From Bispira polyomma (lineage: Eukaryota), in assembly GCA_965649765.1 (NCBI GenBank), contig OZ287748.1, positions 10,788,001 to 10,852,000 on the forward strand: a stretch of 64,000 nt of DNA, given 5' to 3'. The position numbers and the translations under genes are program-made. Of this stretch, positions 24,522 to 38,190 are shown piece after piece (the first letter of the stretch is position 1; each line of letters opens with the position of its first letter). The notes below the pieces were generated by a model. That model was not told the origin of the DNA. It saw only the letters and a list, made by a program, of their open reading frames with translations, and ran no database searches.

Positions 24522-25349
24522 TTTCGTGTATGTGTTGTGTATATATACTTATACTGTCAGCACTTCCACACAGCAGGGTTGGAAACACCAGGCAAAAAGG
24601 GGAGTTGGAGCTATAGCTGTGAGAACTGTGTGCACGGCGGGATGGGGTTCACACCTAAATGGGTGGGAAAAATACAAAAGAATACCAGGTAGAATCTACA
24701 TGTATAATCAACACAACATACCAACAGAGTCGAGTGTTATTAAAATACACCTAGGTGAGAAAATTTAAAAAAATGATACATTTACTGAGACACACCTACA
24801 GTATTGAAATATAGCAGAAGACAATACAAAGAAAACTTAATAATTTCAATTAAGGTTGTTCGCTACCATTTTTCGTTTCCACCACAAAATTTTTTTTTAT
24901 GAAAAGCTTGATTAATATGTTGAACAAAAAAATAAAAAAAACTACATCACACACAAACAAGATTATTAAATATTTCTGTGAACACCGGAATAGCTAAATG
25001 TAAGGTTTCTTTGATGGCAGGGTTGTTACATGCCATGTGATTTGATATAGTTGATATTCCTATGAAGCTGTGACATCAGACACATTATATGGAGATGTAC
25101 TACCACAATGATTCAAGGGTTGGATATACTTTCTCTTCAAACAATCTAAGTGTAACCTATATGTGAGGAAATTATATGTAATAACATCAAAGTTCGACAC
25201 AGTGTGACCAACACTAAAAATTATGTACTTTTCAGGCAACACCAGCTCAAATTGTTAGTAGGTGTCATAAAGGCATATATGACCTTGCTTCAGCTGTGAA
25301 TACAATTTTGATGTCCCACTATAAATATGCCAGTAAAATTGTTTGTGGC

Positions 25350-25640
25350 ACTCAACAAGAAGTGCACTCAGTAAACCGCATATACCCCTCCGCCAAGTGT
25401 CAAAGTGCCCGAAAAGAGACAATCTTTCACTATTTGGCCCTGTACTACTTCGGCAGAGCTATGCATTTAAATAGGGTCTTCCTTGACACCCCCATGCATT
25501 TCTATCAAGTTTGATCTACCAAGTTTTGTCAACATCGGTTTAGTGTTTTTTCTGTAATCCTGCTGTCTAATAAAAAAAGCGCCAAACGGAAAAGAAAAAG
25601 ACTTGGATGAAAACATACCCTAGTGGCAGAGGTAACAAAC
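25350..25640 (-). mobile_element. Helentron/HINE-like interspersed repeat
   Basis: Subterminal CCTCCGCC/GGCAGAGG inverted motif and an AAAACTACTGAACC-like core. Related copies at ~29750-29960(+), 32640-32870(+), 35475-35680(+), 47590-47840(-). Superfamily assignment is inferred from structure. Confidence 0.55.
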
Positions 25641-27237
25641 TCTGGAAATGTGTTCTATCGTTTTAGTTCTGTGATCCCTAAAATGCCCCGTTTGTCCCCT
25701 GTTATTGAACCATTAAACCAAATAGCTAAATGAAAACAAAACAATAGTTAACCTAAATTATAGTGAAATACTAGAACTTTGGATATTTGTGAACATTTAG
25801 TGTATCTAAAATCTCCACTTCTATTATAATGATTATTTCTGGCCTCACAGCTTTTTAGCATCCCTTGATAAATCATCATTAGCCCTTGGGCCTGATGGCT
25901 CTTTGGGCAGATACTGATTCCTGTTGGGCTGCTCAAAAACCTATACTGCCCTAGAAAAATCATATTATTATATTATCAGTCATCTTGTAGACTTTGCCAA
26001 CTTTGTCAAACCTATGCTTCAATCTAACTTCGAAAGTAATGAAAATAGTATAAAATAACACACTTAAATACAATACTGATGATACTATAGCACAAAGGCC
26101 TCTGACTTCTACATATATTACAAGGGGTTTGTCAGTCAGAAGAGTCTCGTTCCCAGAATTTGTTGACATCTATGTAGAAATATAGAAGGGTACGTTATGT
26201 AAAAAATATATGTGTACATGACGTGCAAATTGTAACTAACACAGCTATAAACCACGGGGACAACATTTTGCATTCTTAGAATATAATTTAGTTAAGCTTA
26301 GCCAATCAGATTGTTTCGTACAATTTGACTATCCAATGGGATATCTTAATAGAAAAATTTAAACGACTAATTGGTACAGACAGAGGAGTAACTGTACTTT
26401 CTATTTTCAACATGACAAACACTATCAATGATCCTAACCAGGTTAAATCACACCCAAAATTACACCGAGGTTCTGTCCCGTAGCCCATGCTTTGATTTTT
26501 GTGATGGTACGCGTGGCTAGCAATGGAGCAGTTACCATAAGCAAAACTTGACACATCTGAAACGACAATTTACTTTATACTATTCACCGGGAAATATATA
26601 CATCAATATTTTTAAAATAATGATATTTAATTAATCAAGTCCTTATAGGCCGGCCATAAGTTATAATATTTTGTAATGCTAATCAACATACAACCACCAT
26701 AATAAAGGGAAAGATATTAGTTTGTCTCTTATAGGTGCCTTCTCAGATTTGTTGACTTTTGCTTTTAGTAACGGCTCTGTCCCCAGCCGTGCATGCCATT
26801 AGAACAATAAAAGCATCAGCTACAGAACAGAAGCAATATATACTTCTATATACATGTGTGGCTGATATCTGTGATATATTTGAAATTTCTTTTAAATGAT
26901 ATTAATTTAAATTTAAATGACATCAATGTACAGGTGTACTTTCTTTGAAAAAAACAATTCTTTGAAAATAATGGACACTTTTTTAATTGCCCAGGTGTCA
27001 AAATTTTTACTTCGCTTAGGAGACTTAGCGGACATCGAGTGACATACTTGTGTTGTTAATTGTTCTAACTGCTTGTCTATGAGCTTATTAAGATAACAAT
27101 TTTGTATTATATTGGTATTACTAGTGGCCTTTAGGTCTTTATGGAATGTACTACACTACATAGACAACTAATACTAGCAATATAAACATAAATTAAGACA
27201 TATATAAGTACCACGTTAAAACCTACAGTTTTAATTA

Positions 27238-27822
27238 AGCTCTGTTTCCACTGGCCATCACCCTGGATGTCATTTAAAAATAAATTTTGCATAGGTCTTG
27301 CATGGAATTTGCAGTGGTTAACGTATTAGACGCGAAAGTACATAAAGAAGACATGTTGCACAACAAATATTTAATTTTTAGACTGTTTACAATTTCGACA
27401 GGCAAATGATGCCAGAATCTAATGTGGTTCATCGTCAATAGTTGCACAACTGCTGTGATAGGTGACGTATTTTGACTTAATGATACAAAGCTGTGCTAGA
27501 CTGTATATGAGTTTATGTAGTAATGCTGTCAAGCCACGTAGAAGATGCAAATTAACGCCAGCTAATGTTAAAGCAGTTAGCAAAGCTACAAATAATTTTG
27601 TTCTTATGGGTGGTAAAGTGCAGCAATGCATCTTTTCACGTATCTTGGCATTTAATTACATGAATATTTGCATAAGCTGCGAGTTTTCATGTACATTGAC
27701 GTTAATTTCTGCGTGGGCTTCTGCGTGGGCTTACGCCTTTTGTGTTGCTAAAACTAATCAAATATCTGCGAGACCTTTGCATAATTAACATATATAAGCG
27801 TGGATTCGGTGTGACCAGGGCT
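27238..27822. mobile_element. Probable Harbinger-type MITE
   Basis: Imperfect TIRs AGCTCTGTTTCCACTG / CGGTGTGACCAGGGCT flanked by TA/TTA. Confidence 0.4.
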
Positions 27823-30044
27823 TTAAAATAGGCTATTTTTTACATGTGCCTATTATATTTATCACCAAAATTTGTTGTAAAATGTGTTTGATGAAGAAGA
27901 AACCTAACGATAATTTGTAACTGGAAACTTTTCCCAGTAGGATTATTGTTGGCTTTTTCCACCAATAAGCTTGAATACTGAAGAAATAATTCTCAGTGAA
28001 AATTACAGTTTGCACTAATTTTTTTACGTAAAAAAATTACCCAAAATGAATATATATTCACGTGAATTCATTGAAAAATTGTATAATAGTGAAATTTTAT
28101 TCTGAACAAAATGTATCCCCAAATTTATTCAAACTATTTTATCATGTTTCTACTTCATACATAAGAAAAATTTCAGAAACTCCAGTCTTCAATTTTTCTA
28201 TTAAAAACCTATATTTATGCATGAAAGGTTAATAAAAAAAACCCACACAGATATATATTTCATTATTATCTCATTGGCCCAAATTATGGATAAAATGGCA
28301 CATGTAGATATACATTCCATTCCACCATTAAATAAATTATATGCTATAATATTACACAACAAAACCTACCTGCTTTTGTGCATGAAGACCTAACTACCAA
28401 TTTTCTCACCATACACACAAATAATGCTAATTCTAAACTCCATTTGAATTACCATTTGACAACAATGAACTGCTCTGTCTTATAACCTAAGATTACACAT
28501 ATCTACCCTCTAATAACAGAAACAAGCTAGCTAGCTATATAGTTCTGAAGAAAGTGAGTTGTGGTCTCAAAAGAGAATGGCACAAAATTGATACAAATTC
28601 ATTAGCACTTGAAAAACATGAACTTTTTTTTTGTTTTTGTTAAAGAGTCTCATGTGTTGTTTATTGAATATAAAGTAGGCTAGGTATATTGGGTGACATG
28701 TATATGTATATATGATATGTATCTCCGTGTGTAAGTGATTAGAAATGGAGGCCCTGTCTTCTGGCCTATATTGTTCTATTTATGATTGTCATTTCATAGT
28801 CATTTCTTATCTACCTATTATTATAAATCACGTTTGATACAACCCCAATATCTCTGTCAGGACAAGATCATTCTGGTTTGGTCCACAATAGTCAGTGCAA
28901 ATGAGCTAGCCTTGAAAAGAGGCGCAGGATGATTTGACTACATATGTTGTATGTAACAGCACCCGTTTTGGCCAATCTTAAGATGGGGTATAGCTGATGA
29001 TTTAATGTTAATCTTTTTAATGTAATTACACCTTTAAAGTTCATTATTAAATACTCCAGTTAGCCAAGCATACTAATTGATTAAGATTCTGCATTGTAAG
29101 CCATCGGGAATCGGCATCATTGTCAACTTTCCCACATAAAGCCGCTGCTGGGATTCGAACCCATGACCTCAGAGGTGGGAGGGCAAGTATGTTAACCACT
29201 ACGCCACCTGAATATACTGTATTTGTGACTTAACTTTGTCTTACGTATAGGTCAGAATCGAAGTTAGTGTTCTCTCTTTGAATAAAGAGTACAGATATCG
29301 AGGTCCAAAAGGGACAGGGTAGCTTTACTATATTTTCAATAAGTGAACAATGCAGGGATCCTAACCTGACATACTGAGCCTGACTGTACATGAATGCTTG
29401 GGTGTACTACTTAACTGACACCACAACAGTTAAGCATTTATATATCTGTTGTATATCCCATTTGTATGGTTTCTTTACATGAATATGGGCTCACTTTTTT
29501 AAATGGAAAAGCCCCCATATGTACTTTAAATTGCTCTAAGGTTATAAGACACAGCCAAAATCCCTATAAAGTTATGGATTTTTTAAATAAAAGAATAAAC
29601 ATGTAGTGTTATATGGTATCATTTATTTCCCTGAAAAGGTTTCTCATTATGTTAAACTATAGAGATATTGCTAGGTTTTTTTCAACGAGTTTAAAAACTT
29701 CTGTGTAGATCCTAAAGCTGTGTTGAAAGCGAGTGAAGTTATTGTACATCTGACAAGGAGGTTAAATCGTCACCCATGTCCATAGGTTGGTTTGTTTGTC
29801 ACCTGGATTACATCGAAAACTACTGAACCAATTTATATCAGGTTTGGTGGAGAAAGAGAAACACATCTGCACAGATGGGTAGAACACAATTACTTTCTCA
29901 CTTTTGGCACTGTGGTGTTTTAGTGGGGATATGAGCTCTACTGAGTGATCTTATTAGTGTTGGCTGTATAGGCATATACTTCCTCTTGAAGTTCAAGCCA
30001 CCAAAAATCAGGTACAGAATCATATGTTTTGACAAGTGATCCAT

Positions 30045-30340
30045 TTTCCAATGTGACCAAGTGGGTAACACACTAGCTTGGTAATTCAGTAGATCGGGGT
30101 TTAATCCCTGTCTGGAGCGACCAGGTACATAGTGTCTCAGATTACCACTTGAAACTGCGGTCCTGTGTAATTTGGGTCCTCTCCCTGTGACACGATAAAG
30201 AACTTTGGGGGACTTGATGAATTGTCCTCCTCAAGCTTCTGTCTTGAGTTAAGGGAATGACACTTAATGGTGATAGTTGGCTGTACTTGGACAGTCCAGA
30301 AAATACTCAATGGCGCTTTAAATGTCAGATAAACGTAGAT
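30045..30340 (+). mobile_element. tRNA-derived SINE (family A-related)
   Basis: A-box-like TGACCAAGTGGGTAA and B-box-like GGTTTAATCCC; tail TAGTTGGCTGTACTTGGACAGTC shared with the 19590 copy. Confidence 0.65.
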
Positions 30341-31469
30341 ATATACGCTGACTATAAACTTGACTACAATACAATTTGTAAATGTTAACATTTTTCAGTA
30401 GTCATACATACTAAGTAGTGGAATTTTCAAAGCAAAGTACTCACCTGACAATTTTCTTCTGTATCAATATTATTTTAAGTCCCTTAAACTTATAGGATTT
30501 ATTTTTAAGTTTCCAATCTCAGGTTTTATTATCTCAAAATCAGTAACCCAAAGTATATCTCAACTTTCTTAACTTATTACATTAAAAAATACTTTGATTA
30601 AACTACTAAATCAAAACAATTGGTTTAAAATCCCTTTAAAATGTAACAATTCTCAGTTTAGGTACCAGTATGGGATATCTCAGTTTATGTGACAGCTCAC
30701 TGATAATAAGATTGTATCCACTGATGAAGACTCTTTATCTCAAGACCTATGAAGAAGTCAAGGGGCCACTGTTAATAAGACACAAGGTATAATTTTAAGG
30801 ATCATGATACCTTGCTGTGTCATCTAACGTTAAGACCCCTAGCCTGTCAGTTTTAATGACTGTGACCAAAACAACCAACAATATCTTGTAAACCTCAAAG
30901 TATCAACTTACACAGGTAAAATGATACTATAGTAAAAATCCTTAAGCATGTGTTTAATACTATGAACCTTTCAGATTCTACAAAAAATCAATGTAACTCA
31001 ATATCTGGATTTTTGTAATTGGATTGTCTTACACAACTGATCATAATTGTGATTTTTTTACAATGGATGGCACTTTTTACACAATATCTATGCTTAAGAA
31101 TACTTTCCTGACAAAATGTCAGTGATGGCTAGGTTTTTATTTTTAGTTCATTCTGTATATAATAATATAAGCAAATGGATATGCATATTAACTTCACATA
31201 TAAAAAAGACAAAAGTATCAGATGTTACTGTTTTTTAAAATTCATATCCTGTAGAGGAAATGTGCAAATGATTTCATTAAAATAGCAACAAATTATTGTC
31301 TTACCTGATGCATGCACTAGTTTTACTACTCTGGTATCCAAGACTAAATAATTCTTATATTTGTTGCATTGCAGTTTCTATTCAAGGCATTTTTTAACAC
31401 TAACCTAGTATTCCAAGCACTAATTAACATTTTCCAGATTGCCTAAGTAACTCCAGTAACTGCCACTCC

Positions 31470-31690
31470 TAGAATTTAACTCAGACAGAGGTTTGATGAT
31501 GACCATTTATCAAGATCCTTAAGATTTTTTATCCTGCAACTGTGGATAGGACCCAATCAACAGAGGACCGCCATTCTAAGTGGTCTTCTGAGTCACTATA
31601 TACTTGGTCACACCAAGGTTGGATTCAAACCCAGGTCCTCTGCCTTTTCCTAAGTATGGGTATGTTACCATAAGACCACAGTGGTCTATT
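31470..31690 (-). mobile_element. SINE family A copy
   Basis: Reverse complement of the family A body, plus B box GGGTTTGAATCC and A box TGGTCTTATGGT. Confidence 0.7.
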
Positions 31691-34479
31691 CATAGGATTC
31701 CAAGTATATGTTAAATAATTTCAAATACATTTAAAGCTAAGATATGATACAACATATGTACTTTCAATATAATTTTTATGTTCTTGAAACCCATTTTAGA
31801 GCTGTCCTGATTATTCTAGTTAGTATAAAGTGGTTAAAATTTCATTTAAACCAAAAAAAAAACAAAAAAAACACCACTGAAATGAAAAAAATAGGAAACA
31901 ACTTACAAGGTTTGTTGTTTATCCAAACAGGTCACACCGATGATAAAATTTTCCAGTAGCAGAAAAGATATGTATATCTTGAAAGTAAAATTAATCCTGT
32001 TATCCCTGAAAAACCAGTGTGTGCTACTTTATGCGATATATATAGAATTGGAGATATAACTTAAGGAATTCTCACAGATAAATAGCATGCTTTAAATGTA
32101 TATAACAATGTTTATGTTAATTAATAATTCACACATGGTGTTAAAGATAGAGAAAAAACAGGTTATCAAGGAGGACAAAAGAACCAAAATTAGTCCATAG
32201 ACAAATTAATGTTTGTATTCCATTAATTGTGTAAACATCTCTGATGTTTTTCAAAACATCTACTTTATATACTAGGTGGAAATAAATGGAGTGGACGACT
32301 ATAGCTTTCTCATTACAGGATCAAACTTGTAACTTCCCATGTATAGAAAGGGAATTCTGATGATCATAAGAGTTTATTTAAATCCAAGGCGAGAATTCGA
32401 GGTAACTGTCTGCAAAGTTTGACTTCAATTTATGGAGAGTTTAAAAAATGTTTATGTACAACCAATAGTGGATTATTTCTTCTGTTACACATTTGACCTA
32501 CATATTGACTGAGTGTGTATTTACTGATACACAAGTAAGTGTAACAACATACACATGTTCACTAAAATCCAGATATCACTAAACTGAAAATGCCTGACAT
32601 TAAGTTTCACAAATTATTTGGTTTCGACTTTTAATTCATTCTACAAACACTTCGCCAATGTTTCTGTTGTTGGTTTGTCACCACGATTCCACCCCCCAAA
32701 ATACTGAACTAAATTTAATGGAGAGATGGGTATCAGCCAAAAAGGAATTCAGTCTATTTTGGAGCAGATCCCGGGCAGAAGGGCGGATCTAGAAATTTGT
32801 TTCCTTTCAATTTTTGACACTGTGGTGTCTTGGCGGGGGATTGCTCTGTATTGAGTGCCCATCTAATCCCTTAAGTACATGTTTATGCTAATGACACTTT
32901 ATTTTTGATTCATAGCCCTTTAATATTGAACAATCTGCATGCAAGATATAACCAATCACTATGTGAATTAGCATCAAAACACATAAACCTTGTTATCATT
33001 TAAGACTAGTATATGGTTACAGAATCAGGTATCAAGTTACAGATAATAGTTTTCATTTTGATATTCATTCATGATCATTCTTCTTGAAGTCTGTCAGAAT
33101 ACACGCGTTTCCTACTTTTGATCAGCTAATGTAATTTTATAGAAATTCACATTTAATTTGATAAGAATTGAATAATACATCTACTGCATTCTTTGTACGA
33201 TTAATTTTTCTCTTTTATGCTAAACAGAAACATGTGTTGCCATATTAAGTGCTTACAGCTTAAAGGACTGGGTCAATGAAACGTGTATTTGCATTATATA
33301 AGGTGTCGGTTAGTTCCAAGTACAATTTAACATTGATGTATGGCCTTTTGAGTTGCAGTGTTTTTTTTTACTGGCTGTTTACAGAAAAGGTGTACGTAAA
33401 ATTATCTTAGAAACCACAAATAATGGCAAACAGCTTTTATAAAACAAATAATATAAAAAAAAATGCCAACAAACTTATTTATTATTGCTTAAAAGGTCCC
33501 GCAATCTGCATCTATGGGCTAGTCAGCTTCACCATAGGTGGTTAAGTGGTAACACTCGTGCATCTCACCACTGCAGTCGTGGGTTTGAATCTCAGCCATG
33601 GTGTGAATTGGACAAAATTGGACCACAGACCCACTGAAACGCAAGCGACGTGAAACGCAAATAGAACAAAAATGTATTTAGCTTGGCGAATAAGAGCAAC
33701 TAGTGCTGTTTAGCTATACTCGGGCAGTCACAAAATAATTAATTAGCAGTTTAAATAACAGGTGAAAGTTGATGAATGGACAAAGTGTAAATTTGAATAG
33801 GAATAATAAAATATCAAGTGTTACCTGGTTGTTAATTCTGTTTCGGATTAGAAGAGGGGTTTCAGCACTCAATTAATCTATCTAACAGTACAAGTCACAG
33901 ATTTATGTTAATATTGCAGTCACACGAGTACCAAGTGATAAGATAAATGACAGAACTGCGTGATATGGGTTATCTATATATAATTAACGTTGTGAATTTT
34001 TAGGTAACTATTTTTGGAGAGTTTAATCTATGAGTTTAAGTACATACCTAAACCTAAGTTACAGTAACATTATTATGTATACTGGATTCAATCGAATGTG
34101 GCCTTAAGATTTAAACTTAATGTAAATCTGGGCGTGACATTCAGTTCACGTTAACATAGTAATAAGCACACTGCTGACTCCAAACGCCATTTTGATATAT
34201 AATGGGATAACAAAGGGAATCATTTCTCACTTTGTTACTTGTATGAAGTGTTTGAAAGCAGCAGGTAAATTTATACAGTAACCACTTCGTTAGGTAGCAC
34301 TTTATTATCTAGTGATGAAGTTACTTTAATTTTATGTTTGTATTGTATAAGTGGTCATTTTCACTAGGAATTAATGGTCGTGTGTTTGTAACATGTAACA
34401 TTAGAATGTCCATTAAGAAATGTTTGAATCTATTGATATGTATGAGGCTTTTCAACATTTACAGATTTGGCTTATGACA

Positions 34480-35030
34480 GACTAAAATCCAAATTTCAAT
34501 AAAACTGGAAATTAAAACTCCGTACCTATATTAAATTAAAAAACCTTTTTGAAACTTAAAATGTAAATTAGACAAAAATAGCCGATCAATGTTAGCACAA
34601 TTTCGATGTGGTATATTACAACTAAGAATAAAAACCGGTCATACTATTAAACATTGAAGCTGAAGGAAGATTGTGTCGATTAGGTTCTTTGAATTGTTTA
34701 GAAGATGAGTCACATTTCTTGTGTATATGCCCTATTTATAAAACTTTTGGGAAGATTTGTATAAAAAATATTCAGAAATACGCTCTGATTTTATGCAATT
34801 AACACATGAGGACTTTTTTTTTTATTATAATACAAAGAAATCCTACAAGAAAATGAGTAAATTATTTAAGGCTTACTTGGCAATTAAGGATTGACACATT
34901 GTATAGATAAGATGTATGTTACTATGGCATCATGTACACTATGTAAATATATTTTTCGTTAAAATTTAAAAGTTACTCATAAGCCGATACGGGCTGGGTA
35001 AATGTATGCAATTATATGTTGTCTAATAAT
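34480..35030 (+). mobile_element. Non-LTR retrotransposon 3' fragment (RTE-X-like zinc-finger end)
   Basis: KLRTYIKLK...RSMLAQFRCGILQLRIKTG...RLCRL....EDESHFLCICPIY across frameshifts. Confidence 0.75.
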
Positions 35031-35039
35031 AATGTTACA

Positions 35040-35246
35040 TACAGAGCCCTGTAGGGGACATTCTAAATATTTTTTTAATTAGATTATTTTGTGCTTACAG
35101 ATTATCAAGTGAGCAGTGTTTATAATCCGTGAGCACAGTTTATAATTCGTGAGCATAGTTGAATAATCTGTAAGCACGGTTTGTAATCTGTGAGCACAAA
35201 TTAATCTGGGTAAAACTATTTACAAAGTCCCCTCTAAGTCTCCGTA
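35040..35246. mobile_element. IS3EU-like non-autonomous DNA transposon (207 bp)
   Basis: TAC...GTA termini; TIR TACAGAGCCCTGTAGGGGAC / GTCCCCTCTAAGTCTCCGTA; 6-bp TSD GTTACA (35034-35039, 35247-35252); internal GTGAGCAC repeats. Confidence 0.75.
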
Positions 35247-36419
35247 GTTACATGTAACTATAATAAATAAAATCTTATGTCCATACTTTTAGGTAGTGAA
35301 AAGTCCATTAGTGTGTTTTATGAGAATATATTTAACCAGTTAGAAAATAGGAAAACTGGCCGCCAAATAATTATATGGAATCCACAAACATATTGGGGAC
35401 TGTTATAAAAACCACTCCATGTTTGTGTGGAGTATTCGCTAAAATAGGGATATTCCACAAAAAAAAAATCTGGTTTTTACCCACTCCAAGGAGGTTATGT
35501 TCTCGCCTGTGTCCTTTGTTTAGTTTGTTTTTGTTGTCACCAAGATTACACAACAACTACATACCCAATTGAGATACAAAATTTGGTGGACGGAGGGGGG
35601 CCAAGGGTGAAAATATATTATTCTTTGGCAGTGTGATACCTTGGGAGGTTTATGTTCTACTAAGTGCTCTATTGGTTCTAATTTTGAAAAAGGGCAAGTT
35701 GCCACTCTATTAAGTGGCCTTATAGTTTAATGTTTGTTTTTTTTTTTTTTTTTTTTTTTTTTTTGAAGAAGAAAAGGTTAAATTCTATAAATAACTAGTT
35801 GAATTAGAACTTTGCCATTTCGTTCATCAAACCCCTTGATTAGTTTTGAACAGTAAACGACCTGTGCATAGAATTGACTGCAAATATGATTTTTTTTTAT
35901 TCTAAATTGTCAATACATGTGTATTTCTGATAGATAATTATAAACAAAAGCATAATTGATATAATGACAGTTCGTGTCAATAATTTGCACAATGGGCCAG
36001 TTATTGTCGAGAACGAGATGTTCAATAAGATAAGAATCTTTCAACACCATTATTTTTTTATTATCTTTTTATAATGTGTATCAAGCCCAAAATAATCAGG
36101 CTTATAAAGAATAGATACCTTTGTTAGTCTATTATTAATATACACATACTAGTGGCTTGTTGTTACATGTACAAAAAAAGAAAGAGTTGATTCACAGTGA
36201 TTCAACAATCTAATATCATCAAATTCCACATATACGACAAAGCAATTGAAACTAAGTTTTACTGTTTCCCGTCTGTTATCAATTTATTTGTTTATTGACA
36301 TTAAAAAAATACAATTTCTTCTACCTCTAAGGTAGGTTTTCTTGTCTTGTTTACTAACCTTCGCCCTGAAGTTATATTGTTTTTGGCTATATCTGTTGCT
36401 TTGTCACAAGGACTACACA

Positions 36420-36670
36420 GGGCCCGCGGTGGCCTAGTAGTTAGCAAGCATTGCGCTTCACAATCACTGGTCTCTCACCTCTGGGCGGCGTGAGTTTGAA
36501 TCCTGTCAATGCCTATGTGGGAAAGGTGGTAGTGCCTTACTGTGGGCCGCTGGTTTCAGTGCAGAACCTTGACCGACTGTATGCAGTGTTTCCTCCAGCG
36601 TTTCCAACTACCCGTCCCAATATAACCTATTAAAAGGTACTAGAGTGGACGTTAAATATCCAAATTCAAA
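36420..36670 (+). mobile_element. Full-length tRNA-derived SINE (family B) with 17-bp target-site duplication
   Basis: A box TGGCCTAGTAG, B box GTTTGAATCC; perfect TSD GTCACAAGGACTACACA at 36403-36419 and 36671-36687. Related copies at ~13090, 23490, 29060, 39300, 43780, 47010, 59290. Confidence 0.9.
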
Positions 36671-37879
36671 GTCACAAGGACTACACAAAAACTACTAAAT
36701 CAATTTACATAAAATTTCAGGCATTTTAAATTTTTGGGGCAGTATGGCTCCTTAGAGAAGGCAGGCACTTTGTTGAGTTACCATTTTAGTAATTTTGATA
36801 ATTTTAACTCAATCCACTCCATCTTACAGGAATCTTACAGATATAAAAATCAAATACCCTCACTTTAGTAATAAAATGAAAAATAGATAAATGTCAGTTA
36901 TGTTTAAATATTATAGGATATTCTGGGGGGAAAAGTTATATTTATTTGATTACCTGTTTAGATTAATAACCTAATACTTATTTGTCAGTATTAAATAAGT
37001 TGATATAGTTTTTAGCAATGCTAAAACTGCAAAAACTATGTAGGTATTGTTTTGTGAGGCTATGTCAATAACTTGAACAATTTGAGAATACCTAGCTTTG
37101 TGTTTAGCTACCTTTCAGGCCATGTTCTCACCTACTTAATTATGTGGAGACCAGTTTGCCGAGTCACGTTCATTTTAAGAAAGGTTTTGTTTTCAAGTAG
37201 CTTTGCTATTAAAGAGAACATACTTCAGTTAAATTGCTTACAGGATTACAATATTGTCTCATGCCCACAGGCTAATAAAACCACACATTAATAAGTACTT
37301 TATAACATCGGTGAAATAAACAAGTGCTTGTTAAATGGTGTTGTAAACAAACAAAGATCTCCTTTCGATACGAACCAACCATCGCCAGTGATATTTTAGT
37401 CAAAAGAGAGATGTTTCTGTTGTTTAATTGTTCAATGTCTCAAATTTCATGTTTCGATAATAGAGTTAAATGTCTTCAATAAACTTTCAATTACACTTTT
37501 AAAAATTGACAATTTTACTGCAATTACATATCAATATTAAACATTTTATGTTATAAGAGTATAATTTATGTTAAAACATTAACGATGTATTATGTACATA
37601 TGCATCTTCAAATGACACTTTAAATGTGTAAATATTCACAGGTTCAATAAATTCTAACAGAAGATTGTATACTCATATAAAGTATAATACCAGTCACCCC
37701 TTTTTGTTTTCAATCATTTGGCAGTAGACGTTTGTTCAGGTCCTTTTAACTTTTGTAACTGTCATGCATGAGAACATTATGACATTTATCTGACTTTTGT
37801 ATGTCACAGTCACCAAATAATTCTGAGCTGCAAGATACTAATGTTAACATATATAAACAAGTGAGGAAGCTGTCTTTAA

Positions 37880-38190
37880 AAATGTAAATTTGCATTTATG
37901 TAGCACTTTCTTTCAAAGTGCTGTACACAGTTTACACCCCCAGCATGGGTTCTTCCACTTGTCCACCAATTGTTCGGTGTCAACACCCTCAGGAGGCATA
38001 CTAGCCATGCTGCCACATACAACGCATAGACTAACACCCATTATCAGCCAGGTACCCATTTATACACCTGGGTGGAGAGGTTAACAACTTTGTGTAAAGT
38101 ACATTGTCCAAAGGTACAATCTCCTGGTCTGCAGCAAGAATCGAACCTGGAAACTCTGACACTCTAACCACTAGGCCACAGAGACCACAT
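37880..38190 (-). mobile_element. CORE-type tRNA-derived SINE
   Basis: Minus strand: TGGCCTAGTGGTTAG (A box), GGTTCGATTC (B box), CORE-like CTCTCCACCCAGGTGTATAAATGGGTACC and an L2-like tail. Confidence 0.8.

Noticed and set aside
33530-33670. tRNA-like sequence with A and B boxes (also ~29130-29210 and ~52555-52620)
   Set aside because: No complete cloverleaf; consistent with decayed SINE heads rather than tRNA genes.
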